This document shows positions 9,384-17,717 of a stretch of 40,898 nt of DNA, one piece after another; within the stretch, counting starts at the first letter, position 1, and each line of letters starts with the position of its first letter. The DNA is from an uncultured Dehalococcoidaceae bacterium. GTDB taxonomy: Bacteria; Chloroflexota; Dehalococcoidia; UBA2979. Made by a program: the position numbers and the translations under genes. The notes below the pieces were generated by a model. The model saw only the letters and a program-made list of their open reading frames with translations, did not search any database and was not told the origin of the DNA. The stretch spans positions 1 through 40,898 of the forward strand of contig CAZSFJ010000003.1 of NCBI GenBank assembly GCA_964606125.1. Direction: 5' to 3'.

Positions 9384-10682
9384 ATGTCACACAATACAAA
9401 TTCTGGAAGTCCAGAAAATCAAACAACTAGTGAAGCTTCATATAAGGCGAGCCTTGCTCGTCAGGCAAGTAGAGCCTTAGCTCAAACTTCAAACGAGTCT
9501 CGTACTGCTGCGCTTGAAACGATCGCAACGAAGCTAAGAGATTTCTCAAGCGATATTATCGAGATTAATCAGCTTGAATTGGCGACTGCCCGAGAAAAAG
9601 GATTAAGTGAATCATTCCTAGATCGGATGATGCTTAACGAGGAACGAATTGAAGGTATGGCCTCAGGAGTCAGTGAGGTTGCCGGCCTTGAAGATCCTAT
9701 AGGTGGGATTGAGGATATGTCGGAGCGCCCCAATGGACTGAAGGTTGGAAAGATGCGTATACCGATTGGGGTTCTTGCTTCAGTCTATGAGGCTCGACCT
9801 AACGTCACGATTGATATTGTTGCCATAGCAATCAAGTCAGGTAACGCAGTGGTGCTCCGATCAGGTTCAGATGCTCATAAGACATCTTCGATTCTTGCAG
9901 AGATCGCTCGGAACGCAGTGTCGGAGGTAGGGATAGACATCCGTAGTATTCAATTTATCGAGTCGACAGATCGCGAGGAAGTCGATCATCTTCTGGCTGC
10001 AGAAGAGTTTATTGATTTGATGGTACCCCGAGGAGGTAGCGAGCTTATTGCTCGTGTCAGGGACAATGCGAAGATGCCGGTCGTTGCTGGTGGAATTGGC
10101 GTTTGTCACACGTATGTGGATGGCGATGCAGATTTTGAAATGGCTGGGGATATCGTACTCAATGCCAAAACGCGCAGACCATCAGTGTGTAATACGCTTG
10201 ATACTCTTCTTGTGGATAGAAGCGCCGCCGCTGAATTTATTCCGCTGGTATCTCAACGACTGGCTGATGCTGGAGTCAACATGCACGTCGAGCCAGAGAC
10301 CATAATACTCTTACCGGCATCTGCAAATGTGCTGCCTCTGCAGCAGGAAGATTACGACACAGAGTGGTTGTCGCTCGATTGCTCGATTAGAGTAGTCGAT
10401 GGTTTGGCTGGAGCAATTGAACATATCGCACAGCATGGAAGTGGACATTCAGAGGCAATTGTCACCTCATCTTCGGATAATTCAAAAACGTTTTTGGCTG
10501 CTGTCGATGCGTCAGCAGTATTCGTGAATGCCAGTACAGGATTCAATGATGGTGGTGAATTTGGCTTGGGTTGTGAGTTAGGTATATCCACCCAAAAGAT
10601 GCATGCCAGGGGGCCCATGGGACTCAAAGAGCTGACCTCATACAAGTGGATAGTACTGGGTGAGGGTCACACTCGTCCGTAA
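9384..10682 (+). CDS. proA: Glutamate-5-semialdehyde dehydrogenase
   Basis: YEARPNVT, PRGG, RPSVCN, HGSGHSEAI and GISTQKMHARGPMGL motifs. ATG at 9384 preferred over GTG at 9363. Confidence 0.96.
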   Translation: MSHNTNSGSPENQTTSEASYKASLARQASRALAQTSNESRTAALETIATKLRDFSSDIIEINQLELATAREKGLSESFLDRMMLNEERIEGMASGVSEVAGLEDPIGGIEDMSERPNGLKVGKMRIPIGVLASVYEARPNVTIDIVAIAIKSGNAVVLRSGSDAHKTSSILAEIARNAVSEVGIDIRSIQFIESTDREEVDHLLAAEEFIDLMVPRGGSELIARVRDNAKMPVVAGGIGVCHTYVDGDADFEMAGDIVLNAKTRRPSVCNTLDTLLVDRSAAAEFIPLVSQRLADAGVNMHVEPETIILLPASANVLPLQQEDYDTEWLSLDCSIRVVDGLAGAIEHIAQHGSGHSEAIVTSSSDNSKTFLAAVDASAVFVNASTGFNDGGEFGLGCELGISTQKMHARGPMGLKELTSYKWIVLGEGHTRP

Positions 10683-10771
10683 TATTGTTTGCGCAACTGG
10701 TTGTAGAGATCTTGTTGCACGACTAAGCTGTGGTTTCCAGAGAACTGATTGGCGTGAGGAGTTTCAATTCT

Positions 10772-11956
10772 ATGACACAGGAACATAAGGCAGCTATAGC
10801 TGGAATTTATGAATGGCCGAAGCGAGTGGACCCATCCGTTTCCTCGATGCAGATTAAAGCAGCAAGTATCAAGGCAGCACTAGATGATGCGGGGCTCTCA
10901 TGGTCCGATGTTGATGGTTTGTACGACGCTGGTGACGGTGATGGCGGCGGTGGAGGACTTGGTTTGGCCGCCTACTTGGGAATCAATCCGACCGTGATCA
11001 ATACTACGCAAGTAGGGGGTTCCTCATATGAGTTCCATGCGGCGCATGCGCTGAGAGACATTGCGGCCGGTAAATGTAAAGTAGCGGTAACGTCATATGG
11101 TTCCAAGGCGGCGACTTTACGTACTCCTATTGGGACCGGTGGTCCTCGAGGTGGTGGCACCTGGATGAGTAACATGGAAAATATGTATGGGTCTACTTTA
11201 ATTTCGAATTATGCGATGGTTGCCCACCGACATATGCACGAGTACGGCACTACGACGGAGCAATTGGCCGAGATATCGGTCGCCACCAGAGCCCATGCTA
11301 TGCGCAATCCTGAAGCAGTACAGGCGATGAAGGATCTGCAATTTGTGGGAATTGATGACATAACAGTGAACGATGTGCTTGAGTCCAGAATTGTCGCTGA
11401 TCCGTTACACCTTCTTGAGTGTTGTATGATTTCGGATGGCGGCGGAGCTGCTGTGTTCGTGGCGCCAGAAGTTGCGGCGGACCTCAAGAAGAAACCAGTT
11501 TGGATCATTGGTAGTGGCGAAGCAACCAAGTATCGAGAGAACGGTGGTGATATAACCACCTCAGCAGGAGCACAGAGCGCGCCGATAGCTTTTAATCAGG
11601 CGGGTATTACTCCAGATGATATTGATATTGCCATGATTTATGACTCGTTTAGTATCACTGTGGCTGTAATGTTGGAAGATCTTGGATTTTGCAAGAAAGG
11701 CGAGGCCGGTTCGTTTATTGGTGACGGTCATCTTCGCTGGGACAGGCCCGGTCTGACGATAAATACGGATGGTGGAGGGCTATCATCAAACCACCCAGGG
11801 ATGCGAGGTCTGTTTTTACTTCTGGAATCCGTGCGTCAACTTAGAGGCGAGTCAACGAGTCAGTTAGTTGATCCAAAATTAGCGGTCGCTCATGGTAATG
11901 GGGGACTGCTTGGTGCCACACATACTGGGGGAACCGTGATTCTCTCCGCCGATTAG
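10772..11956 (+). CDS. Non-canonical (SCP2/Ltp2-like) thiolase-family protein, copy 1
   Basis: PLHLLECCMISDGG, IYDSF, NTDGGGLSSNHPG and HGNGG motifs; the nucleophile loop reads GGSS with no Cys. Start at ATG 10772 after GAGGAG. Confidence 0.88.
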   Translation: MTQEHKAAIAGIYEWPKRVDPSVSSMQIKAASIKAALDDAGLSWSDVDGLYDAGDGDGGGGGLGLAAYLGINPTVINTTQVGGSSYEFHAAHALRDIAAGKCKVAVTSYGSKAATLRTPIGTGGPRGGGTWMSNMENMYGSTLISNYAMVAHRHMHEYGTTTEQLAEISVATRAHAMRNPEAVQAMKDLQFVGIDDITVNDVLESRIVADPLHLLECCMISDGGGAAVFVAPEVAADLKKKPVWIIGSGEATKYRENGGDITTSAGAQSAPIAFNQAGITPDDIDIAMIYDSFSITVAVMLEDLGFCKKGEAGSFIGDGHLRWDRPGLTINTDGGGLSSNHPGMRGLFLLLESVRQLRGESTSQLVDPKLAVAHGNGGLLGATHTGGTVILSAD

Positions 11957-11998
11957 ATCGAATATTACCAGACTTAATAGTATTGAAAGGACAAGTAA

Positions 11999-12412
11999 AT
12001 GCCTAACAGACCACAGCCAGCCTTCCCCGAACAGGACACCGAGTATTTCTGGCAGGGATGCAAAGAAAATGAGCTTCGCTACCAAAAAGATTCTGCAGGT
12101 AACGTCATTTTTTATCCACGAGCACACTCGACAGTTACTGGAGAGGGTGATTTAACCTGGCACGTATCAGAAGGTTTGGGGACCGTGTACACATATTCGG
12201 TAGTGAGACAGAATAGGCACCCGAATTTTGCTGATCTCGGGGCATATTCAGTCGCCTATATTGATCTTGATGAGGGCTTTCGAATGCTTTCGAGTGTTGT
12301 TGGTGTTGATGATCCAACGGCGGATATTACGGTGGGAATGAGAGTAAAAGTGGAATTCGAGGTTCAGGAAGAGGGGGAGTATCCGATCCCTGTTTTCAGA
12401 CCAGTGGAGTAG
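11999..12412 (+). CDS. DUF35 (ChsH2-like) OB-fold protein, copy 1, with degenerate zinc ribbon
   Basis: RPQP..FW, FYPR, GTVYTYSVV, LDEGFRM and VGMRVKVEF motifs; directly downstream of the thiolase. Confidence 0.88.
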   Translation: MPNRPQPAFPEQDTEYFWQGCKENELRYQKDSAGNVIFYPRAHSTVTGEGDLTWHVSEGLGTVYTYSVVRQNRHPNFADLGAYSVAYIDLDEGFRMLSSVVGVDDPTADITVGMRVKVEFEVQEEGEYPIPVFRPVE

Positions 12413-12422
12413 AGACAGGTCG

Positions 12423-13214
12423 ATGATCAAGCTTGGTGGTACTGGAACTGCCTCACATTTGAGCGCTTTCCAGGGATTAGAAGCACATTTCAAAGGTCTT
12501 GGTATTGAGATCGAATGGGTACTTTACTCAGACGATATGGCTGTGGTGCAGGCATTTATTGAAGGTGAAATAGACGTCGCATGGAATGGTCCTCTCAATT
12601 ACGTGAGAATAAAGACCCAACTGCAGGAAGCTTGTCATGTTTTGGCAATGCGGGACGTGGATATCGATGTAGTCACGCACTTTGTGACTGCATCTACATC
12701 TGACGTTTATACCTTGACAGATCTTGTGGAGAGAAATTTCGCGTTTGGCGGCCGGGGATCAGTTGAGACCGGTCTCCTAGCTCATTATTTTTTAAGGAAG
12801 TTAGGTGTTGACCCTGAGGCTGATCTGAAGTCAGCAACCTTTTTTGAGGAAAGGCAGGAGTTGGGATTTACACCTGAACTGGATGTGCTGAGTCGAGTAA
12901 TTTCAGGCGAGTGCGACGCCGGAGCAGTCAGTGGTCCCGCCTTGGACAAACTAATTCGGGAGGAAACGATAGATCCTGCGGAAATTAGAGTTATTTGGAC
13001 TAGTGAAAGTTACAGCCATTGTTGCTTCACAGCCCAATCCTCCATGGAGATAGAACTAATTGACCGACTTCGTGAGGGATTCGAAGCGATAGACGCTGAC
13101 AATTCAGTGGGCAGAGCGATATTGGAGGCAGAGGGCTGCAACCGAATAATTCCTGGGCAGCCCGTGGGTTGGGATGTAATCGAAGAGGCCGCTCGTGAGC
13201 AAAGGCTTATTTAG
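12423..13214 (+). CDS. PhnD/SsuA-like substrate-binding-fold protein without signal peptide
   Basis: EWVLYSD...GEIDVAWNGPLNY, FAFG..GS, DAGAVS and VIWTSESYSHCCF motifs; no hydrophobic N-terminus. Confidence 0.75.
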   Translation: MIKLGGTGTASHLSAFQGLEAHFKGLGIEIEWVLYSDDMAVVQAFIEGEIDVAWNGPLNYVRIKTQLQEACHVLAMRDVDIDVVTHFVTASTSDVYTLTDLVERNFAFGGRGSVETGLLAHYFLRKLGVDPEADLKSATFFEERQELGFTPELDVLSRVISGECDAGAVSGPALDKLIREETIDPAEIRVIWTSESYSHCCFTAQSSMEIELIDRLREGFEAIDADNSVGRAILEAEGCNRIIPGQPVGWDVIEEAAREQRLI

Positions 13215-13217
13215 GGT

Positions 13218-14375
13218 TCAGAGGCGCTTGGACACATAATCGGCTATCGGTAGGGACGCAGTTAACCCAGGTGACTCAATGCCTCCCAAGTGGGTGTATC
13301 CCTCATGTGTCCATATCAAGAAATCAGCCAAACTTTCGCCGGGCCTTTGTGTCTTTGGCCGGTATCCTACTTGTCCAGGGGCCAATTGTTCCATAGTAAG
13401 TCCTGGTAAAAACTTCCGTCCGGCTTCTAAGAAATTATTAGACCAAATTTCGTCGGGTTCGTTTCGATAATCAATATCTTCTGTCTCATCCATCCACTCC
13501 ATCGAGGGTCCAAGGTGTAAGCCCCCGTCTGTGTCGGTGGTTAAGTGAACGCCGAGGCCACCAGCCTGGTGGTCTGGTAGCGGATAAATCGGTCTGTTTA
13601 TCAGTTTGGTTATTGATGGATCGACCACGTCATAATATCTCCCGCGGTTGACCGTCTGCTTGAGGATAGGTATTTCGGTCCCGTCGCTTGTATAGCCGCC
13701 GTCCAGAGGGTAACCGACCATTGCAGCAATGTTATCGGCGGCCAGACCAGCGCAATTGATGAACATATCCGAACGAATTTGTGTATTTTCTTGATCTGAA
13801 TCAACGATAGACGATGCAAAGTGATCGGCACGCCGATCTACTTGTACGAGCTCATGTTGGTATGCAATAAAACTGCCATTTTCCAATGCGACCTGTTCAT
13901 ATGAGCGGCACAAGCCAAACGCGTCAACTACGCCTGTCCACGGGGACCACAGTGCTGCCGCCACCTCCAGATAAGGTTCCAGTTCATGTATCTGGCTTGA
14001 TGAGGCATACGTAAAATCTCGTACACTATTTTGTATCCCCTGCTCATATACCCCGTGTAATAAATCAAGCTCAGACTCTTCGAAGGCGACAATTAATTTT
14101 CCAGTTCTGTCTGCTCGAACTGAGTGAGATTCACACCATTCGTATAGAAGAGTGTTGCCTTTTTGGCAGAGAGTATGTTTGAGAGAATTAGTCTCGTAAT
14201 ATATGCCAGCATGAATTACTCCGCTATTGTGCGAGGAAGTCTCTCTCGCGGGACCAGGATGTTTTTCTACCACTGCGACGGTATATTTCTCTGACAAATA
14301 TGCGGCGATAGCCAATCCCACAGCACCTGCTCCGCATATGAGTATGTCCACTTCGAGGTTATCTTTAGATGTCAT
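13218..14375 (-). CDS. FAD-dependent oxidoreductase, L-2-hydroxyglutarate oxidase (LhgO) family
   Basis: GAGAVG, ETSSHNSGVIHAGIYY, GLGVHLT and GIESPGLTAS motifs. Confidence 0.88.
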   Translation of the reverse strand: MTSKDNLEVDILICGAGAVGLAIAAYLSEKYTVAVVEKHPGPARETSSHNSGVIHAGIYYETNSLKHTLCQKGNTLLYEWCESHSVRADRTGKLIVAFEESELDLLHGVYEQGIQNSVRDFTYASSSQIHELEPYLEVAAALWSPWTGVVDAFGLCRSYEQVALENGSFIAYQHELVQVDRRADHFASSIVDSDQENTQIRSDMFINCAGLAADNIAAMVGYPLDGGYTSDGTEIPILKQTVNRGRYYDVVDPSITKLINRPIYPLPDHQAGGLGVHLTTDTDGGLHLGPSMEWMDETEDIDYRNEPDEIWSNNFLEAGRKFLPGLTMEQLAPGQVGYRPKTQRPGESLADFLIWTHEGYTHLGGIESPGLTASLPIADYVSKRL

Positions 14376-14384
14376 TGTTCTAAT

Positions 14385-15323
14385 TTACACGTAGGTTATT
14401 TCACCGTCAGGAGTGACGATTATTCCATTAGCCGCAATATCCCGTAGCTGGACGTTTGCCGGAACAAGCGCATTCTTAATTTCTACATTGTGCAGAGCAG
14501 AGTTTTTGCCTACTACCACATTCTCCCCGACGGTTGAATCGATGATTTGTGCTGACGGATCGATTAAATGTTTTCTCTCTCCAAGAAGTTGCTTTTGACT
14601 TTCTAGAAGGGCGGACAATGTACCAGTATCAAGCCAACTCCCCTGCCACAGTCGGCCTCCAATTGAGCTTCCCTCGGAATGTATGGTCTCGAGCATTCCA
14701 GAGATCTCTATTTCTCCACGAGCACTCACCTCAGGTTGAAATTGTATTCGTTTAACGACAGGCTCAGCGAGCATCCAAATACCCACGAGGGCAAGATCGG
14801 ATTTCGGAAAATCAGGCTTTTCCTCCAGTGAAATAACTTTTTCAGTGTCGTCTAGCTCAGCTATTCCCATTTGGTTTGGTCGGTCGGTTTTGTGAAGCGG
14901 CAACCATACGTCCCAGCTGTTCGCTATAAACGTATCGATTTGACTTTGCAGCTGAATTTGTCCCGGCATCGAGTCTTGGAGAATAGTGTCGACGGCAAGC
15001 ACAATTACGTCACGATCTTGCAAAGACTCACCGCAGGCAGCTAATGCATCTCCCGACCCCTTGGGAGTTTTCTGTACATGCACAGACACTTCGACATCCG
15101 ATCGATAATTTTTTGCTACAGGTTCTGTCGTCTTATCATCAGGCCCAACGACAATGGCGATATCTTGGATCCCTGCCTCAGCTAGTAAGTCGATGGAGTA
15201 CTCAATTAGAGGCCTGTTGAGTAGCGGTATTTGCGATTTTGGATAAAAATTTGACAGGGGCCTAAGCCGAGTGGCTTTTCCTCCTGTAAGAATAACCCCG
15301 AGAGGCGTATTATCATCTTTCAT
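14385..15323 (-). CDS. Sugar-phosphate nucleotidyltransferase (glucose-1-phosphate thymidylyltransferase-like)
   Basis: GGKATRLRPLS..PK, EEKP, SARGEIEI and WLDTGT motifs; short C-terminal beta-helix-like tail. Confidence 0.85.
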   Translation of the reverse strand: MKDDNTPLGVILTGGKATRLRPLSNFYPKSQIPLLNRPLIEYSIDLLAEAGIQDIAIVVGPDDKTTEPVAKNYRSDVEVSVHVQKTPKGSGDALAACGESLQDRDVIVLAVDTILQDSMPGQIQLQSQIDTFIANSWDVWLPLHKTDRPNQMGIAELDDTEKVISLEEKPDFPKSDLALVGIWMLAEPVVKRIQFQPEVSARGEIEISGMLETIHSEGSSIGGRLWQGSWLDTGTLSALLESQKQLLGERKHLIDPSAQIIDSTVGENVVVGKNSALHNVEIKNALVPANVQLRDIAANGIIVTPDGEITYV

Positions 15324-15424
15324 AGGTCACATTCTTTCGACTATCAACAAGGACTATAAAAATGTGTTGTAAGGCCAGGGCTACCGCCTTGAACAATGTT
15401 CATTTTATAGGTGGAGCATTATCT

Positions 15425-15757
15425 TTGCTCGCACAGTCCGAGATAACGCCTGGTACCGAGACTGTACAAGCGGAATTGCTACAGGAGGACTTGGAAAAGA
15501 CGTGGCAATTGATCTTGGAAGATGATGATTATCATACCTATCAATACGTTATTGAAATGTTGGGCTCTATTTTTGGATATGGGCCTGAAAAATCTTTCGC
15601 GCTGGCCAAAATTGTGGATACCGAAGGTAGTGTGGTTCTATACACCGGCTCAAAGGAATTATGTGAGCAGTTCCAGGACGAGGTACATGGTTATGGCGCT
15701 GATCCTCTGATGGAGCAGTCAGTCGGATCGATGACAGCATATATAAAGGCGATTTGA
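15425..15757 (+). CDS. clpS: ATP-dependent Clp protease adaptor ClpS
   Basis: LILEDDDYHTYQYVIEML..IFG and VDTEGSVV motifs. Likely TTG start at 15425 after GGTGGAG (the ORF track starts at 15362). Confidence 0.85.
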   Translation: MLAQSEITPGTETVQAELLQEDLEKTWQLILEDDDYHTYQYVIEMLGSIFGYGPEKSFALAKIVDTEGSVVLYTGSKELCEQFQDEVHGYGADPLMEQSVGSMTAYIKAI

Positions 15758-15840
15758 TCTGTCGTTACTCTTTGCCGCATTCGGTTAAATGTGTTTGACT
15801 ATGTCTATCGTTAACACGCAGCTGGCAGAGGGGGTGAAAA

Positions 15841-17037
15841 ATGGATTGGTCAGACAGTGATGTCCAAGCAACTTTTCGAAATGAAGTACGGTCAGTAATT
15901 GTCGACAGGTTGCCCGAGCGTTATCAAACCGGCGGTGGTAGCTGGGAACATGATCGACGCTCAGAAAACCCTGAAGCCGTAGCTGCTGCGTCTGCGTGGT
16001 CAGATGCTTTGGCAGAGAGAGGCTGGGTAGCTCCCCATTGGCCCAAAGAATACGGTGGCGCCGGACTGAGTCCGATGGAGCAATTCATTTTCAAACAAGA
16101 AATGTCGTTAGCGGCAGCACCCTCTGTGGGTGGGCAAGGCGTATCACAATTAGGCCCTACTTTGATTGTGCATGGGACCGACGAGCAGAAGGCTGAGCAT
16201 CTCCCGAAGATTTTGTCAGGAGAGGTTGATTGGCGGCAAGGATATTCTGAACCAGGGTCGGGATCTGATCTTGCATCGCTTCAAACCCGTGCCATCCGGG
16301 ATGGAGATGAGTATGTGATTAATGGCCAGAAAATCTGGACATCACTGGCTCATTTTGCAGATTGGCTATATGTGCTCTGTAGAACAGATCCCGATGCACC
16401 GAAACATCGCGGGATCTCATTTTTACTGGTCGATAAGCACGCGCCTGGCGTGACTGTACGACCGCTAATCGATATGAGTGGTAGACATCACTTTAATGAA
16501 ACGTTTTTTGAAGATGTCCGAGTACCTGCTACCAGCCGAGTTGGAGAAGAGAATAGAGGTTGGTATGTTGGGATGACATTACTCGATTTTGAGCGCTCGA
16601 ATATTACCGGAGCAGTAGCTTCGCGCAGGACTCTTGATAACCTTCGAGAGTTTCTCGTCAGTGAGGAGGGGAAGTCTAAAAGCCCAGGGTATAGCTCAAA
16701 CAGGGGACAAATTGCCGATCGCTATATCGAGACTGACGTGATGTACAATTTTTCTTTTCGGATTATTTCGATGCAGGACAATGGTCTAATTCCAAATTAT
16801 GAAGCCTCAGTATCGAAGCTGTTCAATAGCGAGATGTCACAGAGGATTGCTTTGACAGGGACCAGAGTCTTTGGTCTGTATTCGAACATTCACGATAGTA
16901 AAAATAATTGGGCAGCGATGAAGAGCGAGCTCACTAATTCTTATCTACTGTCTGTTAGTTCAACCATCGCCGCCGGTACGAGTGAGATTCAGCGAAATAT
17001 AATAGCAACACGAGGACTCGGACTACCTCGTGGTTAA
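15841..17037 (+). CDS. Acyl-CoA dehydrogenase
   Basis: GYSEPGSGSDLASL, NGQKIWTS, LDFERS and IAAGTSEIQRNII motifs. Confidence 0.95.
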   Translation: MDWSDSDVQATFRNEVRSVIVDRLPERYQTGGGSWEHDRRSENPEAVAAASAWSDALAERGWVAPHWPKEYGGAGLSPMEQFIFKQEMSLAAAPSVGGQGVSQLGPTLIVHGTDEQKAEHLPKILSGEVDWRQGYSEPGSGSDLASLQTRAIRDGDEYVINGQKIWTSLAHFADWLYVLCRTDPDAPKHRGISFLLVDKHAPGVTVRPLIDMSGRHHFNETFFEDVRVPATSRVGEENRGWYVGMTLLDFERSNITGAVASRRTLDNLREFLVSEEGKSKSPGYSSNRGQIADRYIETDVMYNFSFRIISMQDNGLIPNYEASVSKLFNSEMSQRIALTGTRVFGLYSNIHDSKNNWAAMKSELTNSYLLSVSSTIAAGTSEIQRNIIATRGLGLPRG

Positions 17038-17072
17038 CGTAAATAGTGTTTGGATAAATGAAAGGTATACAT

Positions 17073-17606
17073 ATGGCAAATGAAATAAGTATTCAAGAAT
17101 ATCTGGGCGACTATGTTGAATCCCTTTTGAATGCTACAGCTAACGCTGTAGAGGATCTTACCGAAGAAGAGATGGTGTTTCGACCAGAGGGTCCAAACAA
17201 CTCCATTGGTTTCGATGCGTGGCATATAGGTCGTACGGCTGACAATCTCGTACACTTCGCCTTCGAGCGAGAGACACCCGTGTGGTTACAGCAAGGATTG
17301 CATGAGGCTTGGAATCTTCCCAAGGTCGATCAGGGTACAGGGATGACTCCGGAAGAAGCGTTTGCTTTGGTCTTTCCTGCTGGAAGTGAACTCGCAAAAT
17401 ATGTTCATGATGTGGGTGAGGCAATTGTCCCCAAGATTCGTTCCATGACCACTGATTACTTACTCGAAGAGATGTATATCCGACCAAATGGTGATCTCTC
17501 CAAATATCAAATAATTGGTCAAGTAATTATCAATCATGGGAATAACCATTATGGGCAGATCAATATGATGCTCACGATGATGGGGAAGCCTGGCCTTGGT
17601 ATTTAG
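17073..17606 (+). CDS. DinB/YfiT superfamily protein
   Basis: NSIGF..WH and NHGNNHYGQI give the His triad of the four-helix DinB fold. ATG at 17073 after AAAGG. Confidence 0.85.
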   Translation: MANEISIQEYLGDYVESLLNATANAVEDLTEEEMVFRPEGPNNSIGFDAWHIGRTADNLVHFAFERETPVWLQQGLHEAWNLPKVDQGTGMTPEEAFALVFPAGSELAKYVHDVGEAIVPKIRSMTTDYLLEEMYIRPNGDLSKYQIIGQVIINHGNNHYGQINMMLTMMGKPGLGI

Positions 17607-17642
17607 AGTTTCGATTCGTATTACGTATTGATGATTGATGTG

Positions 17643-17689
17643 AAGAAACTAAGAAACAGCGCTCTCAGAGCGCTGTTTCTTAGTTTCTT
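17643..17689. terminator. Perfect 23-bp-arm inverted repeat between convergent genes, likely bidirectional terminator
   Basis: AAGAAACTAAGAAACAGCGCTCT-c-AGAGCGCTGTTTCTTAGTTTCTT; the arms are exact reverse complements. Confidence 0.7.
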
Positions 17690-17717
17690 GGCCGCCACAA
17701 CTTGTGATTGAGTTGGA

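Noticed and set aside
8797-9480. Selenocysteine readthrough of TGA stops, prompted by the presence of yqeC
   Set aside because: The TGA-ending genes I checked (mobA, YfcE, clpS) look full-length at the stop, with no Cys-equivalent position. YfcE readthrough would run into proA.
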